DNA of 64,000 bases from positions 16,246-80,245 of the IMG/VR virus record IMGVR_UViG_3300042197_003333. One strand, written 5' to 3'. The DNA comes from a virus. The notes under the pieces were generated by a model that was not told where the DNA came from, made no database searches, and was given only the letters and a program-made list of their open reading frames with translations. A program made the translations under genes and the position numbers. Of the stretch, positions 27,076 to 35,866 are shown piece by piece. Within the stretch, counting starts at the first letter, position 1; every line of letters starts with the position of its first letter.

Positions 27076-28131
27076 ATGTCATTATATAAGGCTTTAATTG
27101 ATTTTAGAGACAACGAAAATAACCCATTTTGGGTAGAAAGGGCTGACGATGATAATATTGTTAGTGTAAAAACTGTAGTCAAAACAAATAGAGGTAAATC
27201 TTTAGTTGCATTAAAATTTGACTTGGAAAGTTTTTCAGAACTTTTTTTACCTGAAAATGAAGAGAATAACAATAAATTTTTAATATCAGTTTCTTTTGGA
27301 AGAGGGTATTATGGTGATTCTGTTTTTGTAGATACAGGTTATTTTGGTGAAGAAGAAATGAAAGAAGGTTATATCTTCAGACATTTTTCAGATGAAAGTT
27401 TAAAAAAGTTAAATGAAATTTTAATTATGGCAAGACCTGATTTGGCAAATAAAGGAAGTGAGGTTTATGATGAAGTCGGACCTTGGTTGTTAAGTAATTT
27501 TAGTAGACAGGCTTTAGAAATATGCTCTACATATTCATATGAATATGATGAATGTCTTGTTGCAGGTGTAAAAGACTATGTTATAGGTAAACTATGTAAA
27601 CGTTTATCGGAATTTATGATGATTGAAAGTAAATGCGGTAGTTTATATTATACAACAGTAAACAACCTTCTAAAATTATGGGATAAATCAGAATTAAATA
27701 AAGATGCAACAATGACTGAAGTATTAAAGAAACTTATATTGGATTCAAATTTGGAACTAGATGAAGATTTATATGATGATTATTACGCATATTGGGATAA
27801 TGATAATTTTGACCAACCTAGCTTTAATAGAACAGTAGATAGAGAACTAGATAAAATAGAAGAAATAATAACCGACCAATTAGAAACAGGTGAATTTGCA
27901 GAAAATAAAAAAATGTATGATTTTATTATATCAAAAAAATTACAATTTGATAGTTGGAATAGTTTCCCAAAAGAAAAAACTTTTGGAGAAAAAAATAAAA
28001 TGAAGTTTAGATTAGAAAAAGTTGAGGATGGTAAAGTTCATATTATTACTAATTTCCCCACAGGTACCAGAGGAGCGTATCTTGATTTAGAACAATTTAA
28101 AAATTTTTTATATCAACCTGAATTATTTTAA
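27076..28131 (+). CDS. Hypothetical protein
   Basis: 351-aa ORF after TATTTAT. Confidence 0.75.
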   Translation: MSLYKALIDFRDNENNPFWVERADDDNIVSVKTVVKTNRGKSLVALKFDLESFSELFLPENEENNNKFLISVSFGRGYYGDSVFVDTGYFGEEEMKEGYIFRHFSDESLKKLNEILIMARPDLANKGSEVYDEVGPWLLSNFSRQALEICSTYSYEYDECLVAGVKDYVIGKLCKRLSEFMMIESKCGSLYYTTVNNLLKLWDKSELNKDATMTEVLKKLILDSNLELDEDLYDDYYAYWDNDNFDQPSFNRTVDRELDKIEEIITDQLETGEFAENKKMYDFIISKKLQFDSWNSFPKEKTFGEKNKMKFRLEKVEDGKVHIITNFPTGTRGAYLDLEQFKNFLYQPELF

Positions 28132-28167
28132 AAAAGTTTTGTATATTTGCCCATAACTTTTAAACAA

Positions 28168-28980
28168 ATGAATAATTTAGATTTTTTCAAAACATTACTT
28201 TCAGTTCCTACGAAAACATATCAGGAAGATAAAATGATTGATTTTTTGGTTTCATATTTTGAATCAAAAAATTATGAGTTCTTTGTTGATGAACTTGGAA
28301 GTATATATGTTACAAAAGGAGTTGTAAAACCTGGTGAATACTTCCCCTGTGTTGTCGCTCACACCGATACGGTACATAAACTTGACACAATTAATGTGAT
28401 GGAAGAAACTCTTCCTAATTCAAAAGGTGAAGACTCACTATGTCTTAAAGCTTATAATGATTTTAATGAGCCAACGGGAATTGGTGGGGACGACAAATGT
28501 GGAATATTCGCTTGTCTTGAGCTTCTTGAAAAATTTGATGTTATAAAAGCGGCGTTTTTTGTTTCAGAAGAAGTCGGTTGTATTGGGTCAAATAATTCTG
28601 ATGATAGATTTTTTGATAATGTTGGTTATGTTATTGAATTTGATGCTCCTGGCGATTATTGGGTGACTGAATATTGTTTTGGAGTTAAACTTTATGACAG
28701 GGAGTCAGAGTTTTTCAAAATTTCAAATAACATTCTTTCTGAAAATTTGTTGTCAAAACCATCTTATGGTGTTCACCCTTATACTGATGTATATGCGCTG
28801 AAAAAGAAATATAATTTTGCTTGTATTAACTTTTCAATTGGGTACCATAACTATCATACCAAAAATGAGTATATCTGCATTGAAGAGGTTGAAGCGGGAA
28901 TTAAAGCGGGTGGTGAGTTAATTAAATCTTTGGGTAATGTTAAACACTTTTTTGACCACCCATCAAAAGTTAATCTATAA
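28168..28980 (+). CDS. Zn aminopeptidase-like hydrolase (M20/M28/M42 clan)
   Basis: VAHTDTV, GGDDKCG, SEEVG, YHNYHT. Confidence 0.85.
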   Translation: MNNLDFFKTLLSVPTKTYQEDKMIDFLVSYFESKNYEFFVDELGSIYVTKGVVKPGEYFPCVVAHTDTVHKLDTINVMEETLPNSKGEDSLCLKAYNDFNEPTGIGGDDKCGIFACLELLEKFDVIKAAFFVSEEVGCIGSNNSDDRFFDNVGYVIEFDAPGDYWVTEYCFGVKLYDRESEFFKISNNILSENLLSKPSYGVHPYTDVYALKKKYNFACINFSIGYHNYHTKNEYICIEEVEAGIKAGGELIKSLGNVKHFFDHPSKVNL

Positions 28981-28991
28981 AAAAAGGGGGA

Positions 28992-30245
28992 TTATTCCCC
29001 CTTTGTTTTTCTTGCCCTTTTTGTCTTCTTATATTCCGAGTAAAGCACTTTTTCATCTTCAATTCTCATAACGTAAAGTGTTTCTTCTTTAAGATTTTTT
29101 CTTAAAACTTCGTCGGAAATAAAATCTTCAATCTTTTCTTGAATTGCCCGTTTAAGCGGTCTTGCTCCATATACCTCATCAAACCCAACTTTTGAAATAA
29201 AGTCAATAACTGATTCATCAAAAGTAATATTAAGTTTCAACCCCTCAAGTCTTGACTGCAATTTGTTAATTTCAACTTTAACAATCTTTTTAACATCTTC
29301 ATCGTTTAATGTATTAAAAACAATTACCTCATCAATACGATTTATAAATTCGGGGGCAAAATGATTTTTTAATTCTTTATTCAACATTTGTTTTTTAACC
29401 TCTTGGTCAGCATATACGTTGTTTGTTTTGGAAAATCCAATCCCCGCTCCAAAATCTTGCATTTTTTTGACCCCAATATTTGATGTCATAATGATAAGAC
29501 AATTTTTAAAGTTAATTTTTCTTCCAAAACTATCTGTCATATAACCTTCATCCAAAAGTTGGAGGAGTGATGAAAAAATATCACGATGAGCCTTTTCAAC
29601 TTCATCAAAAAGAACAACCGAATATGGTTTTGTCTTAACCTGTTCTGTTAATTGACCCCCTTCTTCATATCCAACATAACCTGGAGGTGAACCAATCAAT
29701 CTTGAAACCGAGTGTTTTTCTTGAAATTCACTCATATCAACCCTAATTAAATTTTCTTCACTTCCAAATATCTGTTTTGCCAATTCTTTCGCTAAAAGAG
29801 TATTGTGAGATAAAATACCATTAGTATAATATCTTCTATTAGAACCTTCTTTTAATTCTAAATCAAACATAACTTCTTCGTACCCTAAATTAGTTATTGA
29901 TACAACTTCACATTCTTCTAATTTATCATCACCAAATACACATATTTTATCACCAACATTTAAATTCTTCACAAAAACTTCTTCCATATTGTCAATATAA
30001 AAAACAATATGATTATCGGCGCATTTGAGTTCTTTACCATCAGATAATTTAAGGTGATAAACCTCATAAGGTATTGTTTCATGTAATGCCTCAATATCAA
30101 CAAAACCGGTGTCGGTTAATATTTCATAATCTGATATTTTAGTTGTTTTAGTAAATTTTTTTAATGAATCTAATTCGTGTTTATCAAATAAAAAAACATT
30201 ATCTAATTTCTCAATTCGTTTTTGTATTTCTTCAATTCCATTCAT
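28992..30245 (-). CDS. clpC: ClpC fragment 3: C-intein 2 (aa 1-148) plus the remainder of NBD2
   Basis: ...YYTNGILSHN|TLLAKELA, RVDMSEF, RLIGSPPGYVGYEEGG, LFDEVEKAH, IGF loop, GARPLKR. Confidence 0.95.
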   Translation of the reverse strand: MNGIEEIQKRIEKLDNVFLFDKHELDSLKKFTKTTKISDYEILTDTGFVDIEALHETIPYEVYHLKLSDGKELKCADNHIVFYIDNMEEVFVKNLNVGDKICVFGDDKLEECEVVSITNLGYEEVMFDLELKEGSNRRYYTNGILSHNTLLAKELAKQIFGSEENLIRVDMSEFQEKHSVSRLIGSPPGYVGYEEGGQLTEQVKTKPYSVVLFDEVEKAHRDIFSSLLQLLDEGYMTDSFGRKINFKNCLIIMTSNIGVKKMQDFGAGIGFSKTNNVYADQEVKKQMLNKELKNHFAPEFINRIDEVIVFNTLNDEDVKKIVKVEINKLQSRLEGLKLNITFDESVIDFISKVGFDEVYGARPLKRAIQEKIEDFISDEVLRKNLKEETLYVMRIEDEKVLYSEYKKTKRARKTKGE

Positions 30246-30246
30246 A

Positions 30247-31467
30247 TCATTTGTTTTTTAAAAATTTTATACATTTATTTATTATCTCTTGCTTATTCCC
30301 CCACCTATATTCAGAGTCCCATATTACTAAAACTTCAAAACCACAATTTTTGGCCATGCATAATTTTAATTTATCCTTATCCCAAATTTCTTGTGCAGTT
30401 ATGTTTTGTTTAAATGGATTTGGGTAATCTGTTGATTTATATTTTGTTGGGTTTGCGTGAAATGAATCTCCATGAAACTCAATTATTTTTTTATTAATAG
30501 TGTCAGTAAAATCGTATAACCAAACTCCGCCATTTTCTTTTTCTAACTTGAATTCTTTATTATGTGTTGCAAAATAAATTTTATCTTTATCAACAATATC
30601 ATATTTTTCTAAAAGTTTATAAAATAAATCTTGTGAAATTTTAGAAAACCCAATAACCATACTACCATTTTTTATCAAAGAATTTAACCATTTATCCTGT
30701 CTTTCATTAAATCTTTTTTTACCTTGTTCTTCACCATATTTTTTTATACATTTTTCTAATGAAAAAGTTGATTGGTGTTTAGATACTTTTTCTTTTGCTT
30801 CTTCTTCAGATAATCCAGTTTTTGTCCAATATTTAATATTAGAAGGTATTAATCTTTTTTGGAAATCTACTTGTTTAGCCGATTTTTTTTGATTTTTAGA
30901 AATAATTTTTTTAGCCTCAAGTTCTGTTTTACCTTTATTAATCCAAAATTCAACTTTTGAAGGAGTTAAACAAATTTTATTTATTTCTTCTTCAGTATAT
31001 CCTTTTTCTATTAGCATTTTTTTAGATTTACCATGATGAGTTTTAACACATTTAGAAGATTTTTGCTGTTGTTTTGAAATTTCTTTAGTCGCTAATTCTT
31101 TTGGGTAACCTTTATTTATCCAATACTCTTCACATAAACGATTTCTTTTTTTAATTTCATAATTTCTGTTTTCTAATTCTTTTAAAGCTTCTTTTTCATC
31201 CCAACCACGCTCAATAAAATATTCTATTTTGCCCCATTTTTTAGTTTTAAAGCTATAATTTTTTACCAACCACCCTCTCATTAATGAATATGAAATAGTA
31301 CCATCTTGTTCTTCTAATTTATTCATCAAAGATTGCATTTCTTTTTTTATTTTTTCATTATTGTAACGTATGTTCTTATCTAATTTTAAAACATAATTTT
31401 TAAATGTTTCTAAATCTGGAAAAATTTCGTTTATTTCTTTAGTTCCTTTGTTTGTTTTTATTTTCAT
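30247..31467 (-). CDS. Putative homing endonuclease (Vsr/PD-(D/E)xK-like C-terminus) inside split intein 2
   Basis: YWxxKG.SEEEAK repeats; YDFTD..KKIIEFHGDSFHANP...VIWDSE. Confidence 0.8.
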   Translation of the reverse strand: MKIKTNKGTKEINEIFPDLETFKNYVLKLDKNIRYNNEKIKKEMQSLMNKLEEQDGTISYSLMRGWLVKNYSFKTKKWGKIEYFIERGWDEKEALKELENRNYEIKKRNRLCEEYWINKGYPKELATKEISKQQQKSSKCVKTHHGKSKKMLIEKGYTEEEINKICLTPSKVEFWINKGKTELEAKKIISKNQKKSAKQVDFQKRLIPSNIKYWTKTGLSEEEAKEKVSKHQSTFSLEKCIKKYGEEQGKKRFNERQDKWLNSLIKNGSMVIGFSKISQDLFYKLLEKYDIVDKDKIYFATHNKEFKLEKENGGVWLYDFTDTINKKIIEFHGDSFHANPTKYKSTDYPNPFKQNITAQEIWDKDKLKLCMAKNCGFEVLVIWDSEYRWGNKQEIINKCIKFLKNK

Positions 31468-31513
31468 AATATCTATTTTATAATAAATATCGTAAAGTTT
31501 AAAAAAGTTAGGA

Positions 31514-33025
31514 CTAATTGGTGTCGGTAATGATATTTTTTATTTTTATTGTCTTTATTTCACCAGTAAACTTGTTTCTAACTATAATTTCAGTATCTTC
31601 ACAAACACATTTTCCAACACCTGTTGAACCCAAAAATATGAATGAACCAATTGGTTTATTTGGGTCTTTAATACCCAACCTATTTCTTCTTATTGATTTT
31701 GATATTGTTGTGATTGCTTCAATTTGGCCTATAACTGATTTTGACAAATTATCTTCCATATTTATCAAATTTTCTGTATCATCAACTGATAATTTGGTAA
31801 CTGGAATTTTTGTCATTATTGAAACAACATCATAAACAAGTTCAATTGAAATGTCTCTTCTTTTTGTTAATAAATCTTGTTCAAATTTGGTTCTTTCAGC
31901 ATCTAATTGACTCAAAATCTTTTTTTCCCTGTCTCTTAATTGTGCTGCCATTTCATAATTTTGCCTTTTGACAACAAGTAATTTTTCTTCCCTAATTTTT
32001 TGTGATTCTTTCTTTAATTCCTCAATAATTTCGGGATTTTTAACATCAACTTGAGCTCTTGCTCCAACTTCGTCCAAAATATCAAAAGCCTTATCAGGAA
32101 ATTCTCTATCTGTTATATATCTGTCGGCCAAATCAACACATGCGTTTAAAATTTCATCTGTAAAATTAACCTTGTGATGAATTTCGTATTTTTCTTTCAA
32201 ATTTTGAAGAATTTGAAGAGTTTCTTCTTTTGTTGATGGTGAAACAATTACTTTTTGGAACCTCCTGTCAAGAGCCCCGTCTTTTTCAATATTTTTCTTA
32301 AATTCATCAAGTGTTGTTGCTCCAATGCACTGAATTTCACCTCTTGATAATGCGGGTTTTAGAATATTTGATGCGTCAAGTGAACCAGATGCGTTTCCAG
32401 CCCCAACAAGGGTATGAATTTCGTCAATAAAAAGAACTACATTTGGATTTACCGTAATTTCGTCAATTATAACCTTTAATCTTTCTTCAAATTGACCCCT
32501 ATATTTTGTTCCCGCAACAATTGAATTTAAATCAAGTGATAAAATTCTTTTGTCAACCAAATTTCTTGGGCAATCTCCTTGAAATATTTTCATTGCAAGA
32601 CCCTCAACTATCGCCGTCTTTCCGCAATTATGGGAAACAACTCCATTTGATATATATTTTCTTTCATCGTCTAAAACTTCTAAATCATAGGTATTATTAA
32701 TTCCTATTTCAGTATATTCTATAACATCAACCAATTCATTATTTTCAGTCCAAACAAATTCACCTTCTGTAATGTTACCTAAACTTAACCAACAAGAATT
32801 ATTTTCAAAAACAACATTTGGATTTAAAGAATTTTTAGAAACTTCAACCAAATGTTCGTCAGAACCTGATAATTCTAAACCATTTGATAGTTTAATTCTA
32901 ATACAATTTTTATTGTTTTTTTTGTATAAATTACCAATTAATTTATATCCTGATGGTGTTTTAATTTTGTAAGTCCCACCTTTTTTTTCAACAAGGTCAA
33001 AAAAATCTTCTATTTTTATTTTCAT
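31514..33025 (-). CDS. clpC: ClpC fragment 2: C-intein 1 (aa 1-133), NBD1/UVR/NBD2 start, N-intein 2 (aa 473-503)
   Basis: VVSHN|CGKTAIVEGLA, FIDEIH, GATT, PDKA, FLGSTGVGK|CVCEDT. Confidence 0.95.
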   Translation of the reverse strand: MKIKIEDFFDLVEKKGGTYKIKTPSGYKLIGNLYKKNNKNCIRIKLSNGLELSGSDEHLVEVSKNSLNPNVVFENNSCWLSLGNITEGEFVWTENNELVDVIEYTEIGINNTYDLEVLDDERKYISNGVVSHNCGKTAIVEGLAMKIFQGDCPRNLVDKRILSLDLNSIVAGTKYRGQFEERLKVIIDEITVNPNVVLFIDEIHTLVGAGNASGSLDASNILKPALSRGEIQCIGATTLDEFKKNIEKDGALDRRFQKVIVSPSTKEETLQILQNLKEKYEIHHKVNFTDEILNACVDLADRYITDREFPDKAFDILDEVGARAQVDVKNPEIIEELKKESQKIREEKLLVVKRQNYEMAAQLRDREKKILSQLDAERTKFEQDLLTKRRDISIELVYDVVSIMTKIPVTKLSVDDTENLINMEDNLSKSVIGQIEAITTISKSIRRNRLGIKDPNKPIGSFIFLGSTGVGKCVCEDTEIIVRNKFTGEIKTIKIKNIITDTN

Positions 33026-34194
33026 AATACATTTAATATTTTATCATATAGTTTAGTAAAATCTGTCTCATAAATCAATTTAATTTTGTTTTCATTACAA
33101 AATAAAATTTTTTTATTCATTTTATCGTAATATTTAGATTGTTTTTCGTCTAATTTGTTAAAATTTTTTCCGTCTAAAATACCAAAATATTCAATATACA
33201 CATCGTAATCAGGTAGATAAAAATCACATTTAAAATGCGAATTCGGGTACCCAATCTCATATGAATAATTAATTTTTTTAAATTCAAATAAAAGACAAAG
33301 TTTATATTCTTTAACGCTTTTAAATCTAATCCCATTATGATATACAGGGGTACCATATAAGCCACACTTTAACTCATAAGGAAATGATGAAAAAAAAGTT
33401 TTTTTAATTGTGTCTTTATTAGTATTGTACCTATTTGAAATGATTGAGCTATTAATGTAAGGGATAATATCTGAAATAGTTTTAACGTCTATTTTTGTTA
33501 AAACACACAAAACAAATTTTGAAATAGAATCACAATCAATACATTCTGTTATAATTTTTTTTGTACTATCTAAAAAAGATGTTCTTACTATTAAATCTTT
33601 TATTGGTACTTTATCAAAAGAATATGAGTTCTTTTTTTTATTAATTTCATTAATTTTATTATTTGTGTGAAGACTATTAATCCATTTTTTTTGTCTTTTT
33701 TGGAAAATTTCAACTCCTTCCTCTTCACCATATTTTTGAATACAAATTTTTTTGCTAAAAGTTTTTTGACTTTCAGAAATTAAATTTTTTGCCTCTTCAG
33801 AACTAAATCCTTTTTTTACCCAATATTCAATTCTTTTAGGGGATTTGTCATAAAATTTTTCAGGATTTATTTTCTTTTTGTCTGAAAGAATTTTAGAATT
33901 TTTTTTCTGTTGCTCACTAATAAATTGAGTTATTTCTGATTTTTCCCATCCCATCATAAATAAAAAGTCTTCATTATATACACTTTCAGGGTAATTAACT
34001 ATTTGTCTATACCACTTCTTAATTTCCTTAAAATTAATTTGAGTCGTATTTTTAATTTGATTATTAACTTTATCAATACAAGAGTCGGGTATTTTTTTAA
34101 AGAACTTAAAAAAATTATTATTTAAAATAAAATTTTCTAAATCAATATGATTTGATATAGTTAATAATTTTTTTCTTTTAAAGAAAACATTCAT
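33022..34194 (-). CDS. Putative homing endonuclease (PD-(D/E)xK-like) inside split intein 1
   Basis: YWVKKGFSSEEAK, CIQKYGEEEG, FKSVKE...CDFYLPDYDVYIEYFG. Confidence 0.8.
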   Translation of the reverse strand: MNVFFKRKKLLTISNHIDLENFILNNNFFKFFKKIPDSCIDKVNNQIKNTTQINFKEIKKWYRQIVNYPESVYNEDFLFMMGWEKSEITQFISEQQKKNSKILSDKKKINPEKFYDKSPKRIEYWVKKGFSSEEAKNLISESQKTFSKKICIQKYGEEEGVEIFQKRQKKWINSLHTNNKINEINKKKNSYSFDKVPIKDLIVRTSFLDSTKKIITECIDCDSISKFVLCVLTKIDVKTISDIIPYINSSIISNRYNTNKDTIKKTFFSSFPYELKCGLYGTPVYHNGIRFKSVKEYKLCLLFEFKKINYSYEIGYPNSHFKCDFYLPDYDVYIEYFGILDGKNFNKLDEKQSKYYDKMNKKILFCNENKIKLIYETDFTKLYDKILNVL

Positions 34195-34233
34195 AGTTAA
34201 TCAGGTTAAAGTAATTACCTTTACCTATAAATA

Positions 34234-34527
34234 TCAGATAGTTTCAATATTATGGGTATTTACAACTGAAATTTTTTCAACTTCAATAATAGTGTCCCCA
34301 AGTACGCAACCCGGCTCACCAATAATAATTGGGTTATTTTTTTTCCTTCTTGATAAAATTTGAGCGATTCTCAAAATTTCTTGTTCTCGTCCAACAACTG
34401 GGTCAAGTTTTCCTTCTTCTGCCAATTTAATTAAGTCCCTTGAAAAATTATCAAGTACAGGGGTTTGACCTTCTTGTGTTCTTTGGTTTCCACCACCTTT
34501 TTTTCCTTCGTCTGGAGTTTCTGTCAT
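34234..34527 (-). CDS. clpC: ClpC fragment 1: NBD1 start (aa 1-73) plus N-intein 1 (aa 74-97)
   Basis: [27 protein letters not shown]|CVLGDT. Confidence 0.95.
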   Translation of the reverse strand: MTETPDEGKKGGGNQRTQEGQTPVLDNFSRDLIKLAEEGKLDPVVGREQEILRIAQILSRRKKNNPIIIGEPGCVLGDTIIEVEKISVVNTHNIETI

Positions 34528-34619
34528 AAAAATCGTTTTTAAAAATCTAAATGATTTTTCAAATTAATTCAATAGATTATTAAAGTTGACATTTTTTATT
34601 TGTTCAATATAATTTGGTT

Positions 34620-34862
34620 ATGGCGATTACAAACGAAAAAATATCAGGAACAAAAATTATCAATAAAGTTGAATCAAGCAATTTGGTTGAAACTGAGTAT
34701 GATACTACAACAAAAAAATTAATTGTTGAATTTAAAAATGGGGTAAAATATGAATATGAAGACGTTCCCCATCAATTATATACAAGTTTCCGTTCATCTG
34801 AATCACAAGGTAAATTTTTTGTTTCTGAAATATCAAAAAAATTCAAATACAAAAAGTTATAA
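34620..34862 (+). CDS. KTSC-domain protein
   Basis: VESSNL...YD...L.VEFKNG..YEY..VP...S.GKFF. Confidence 0.85.
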   Translation: MAITNEKISGTKIINKVESSNLVETEYDTTTKKLIVEFKNGVKYEYEDVPHQLYTSFRSSESQGKFFVSEISKKFKYKKL

Positions 34863-34883
34863 TTTGTTAGATATTTATAACTT

Positions 34884-35603
34884 GTGAAGAACGATGAAAT
34901 AATTAAAAGTTTTGTAACAAGAGATGAATTAAACCCAAAAGTTTGGGAAAATGAGGATACGCTCAATAAAGAAGTTAGGGAAAAACTTCTGTCTACCGCA
35001 AGTGAATTTATTGATTTTATAGGTGTTCCAATTTTAATTAGTGATATTATTTTTACAGGGTCATTGGCTAATTATAATTGGTCAAAATACTCGGACATTG
35101 ACTTACATATAGTTGCTGACTTTAATCAATTTGATGATACTGTACTTCCCTTATATGAAGAACTTTTTAAAGTTAAAAAAACTTTATTCAATACCGACCA
35201 CAACATTAAAATATTTGGATATGAGGTTGAACTTTACATTCAAGATTTACATGCCGCCCATTTTAGTAGCGGAGTGTATTCTGTATTAAATGATGAATGG
35301 AACAACAAACCAAAAAAAGAAAAAGTTGAAGTTGATAAAAATCTTATCAAACAAAAATCTAATCAGTGGATGGAAATTATTGACACTGCGCTTGAAGCAG
35401 CATCAGATGTAACGGCTGACGATGCTAAAGATATTATTAAAAAATGTAGAGAAAAACTTAAAAAATATAGAACTTGCGGACTTGAAAAAGAAGGTGAGTA
35501 TTCAGATGAAAATTTGGTTTTTAAAGTTTTAAGAAGAAATGGTTATATTGAAAAACTTGTAAATTTTGAAAATAAAGTTGTAGATAAAGAATTATCTATA
35601 TAA
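34884..35603 (+). CDS. Pol-beta-like nucleotidyltransferase
   Basis: TGSLANYNWSKYSDIDLH...VELY. Confidence 0.85.
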   Translation: MKNDEIIKSFVTRDELNPKVWENEDTLNKEVREKLLSTASEFIDFIGVPILISDIIFTGSLANYNWSKYSDIDLHIVADFNQFDDTVLPLYEELFKVKKTLFNTDHNIKIFGYEVELYIQDLHAAHFSSGVYSVLNDEWNNKPKKEKVEVDKNLIKQKSNQWMEIIDTALEAASDVTADDAKDIIKKCREKLKKYRTCGLEKEGEYSDENLVFKVLRRNGYIEKLVNFENKVVDKELSI

Positions 35604-35664
35604 GTTTTTTGCCGTAAATAGAAAAAACGTAATAATTAATATATTTATTGTAAAAAACTGCGCT

Positions 35665-35850
35665 ATGGCAATATTATCGTCGGGAACTTATACTTATAAA
35701 ATAATAAATTTTACAGGTGCCACTAATTGTGAGGCATGTACATCAACATTGCAACCACATCCGATTTATAGTAGTATAACAAATTCAGCTGATACAGTTG
35801 TTCAGTTGAATGCCGTAACAATCGGTGGTTTTAATGGATTAAACAATTAA
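35665..35850 (+). CDS. Small hypothetical protein
   Basis: ORF after TATTTAT; CxxC, PHP. Confidence 0.65.
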   Translation: MAILSSGTYTYKIINFTGATNCEACTSTLQPHPIYSSITNSADTVVQLNAVTIGGFNGLNN

Positions 35851-35866
35851 TAAAAAAAAATTAAAA

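Noticed and set aside
31420-31467. Endonuclease N-terminus (MKIKTNKGTKEINEI) as a third intein piece
   Set aside because: It resembles a Hint strand, but IntC2 already has the equivalent segment (EILTDTGFVDI) and the match is too short to support.
30243-34236. RNA introns or stop readthrough joining the clpC pieces
   Set aside because: Spacers are only 39 and 46 nt on one side and 0-1 nt on the other, leaving no room for a ribozyme core. Reading through either N-intein stop meets another stop within 2-3 codons.
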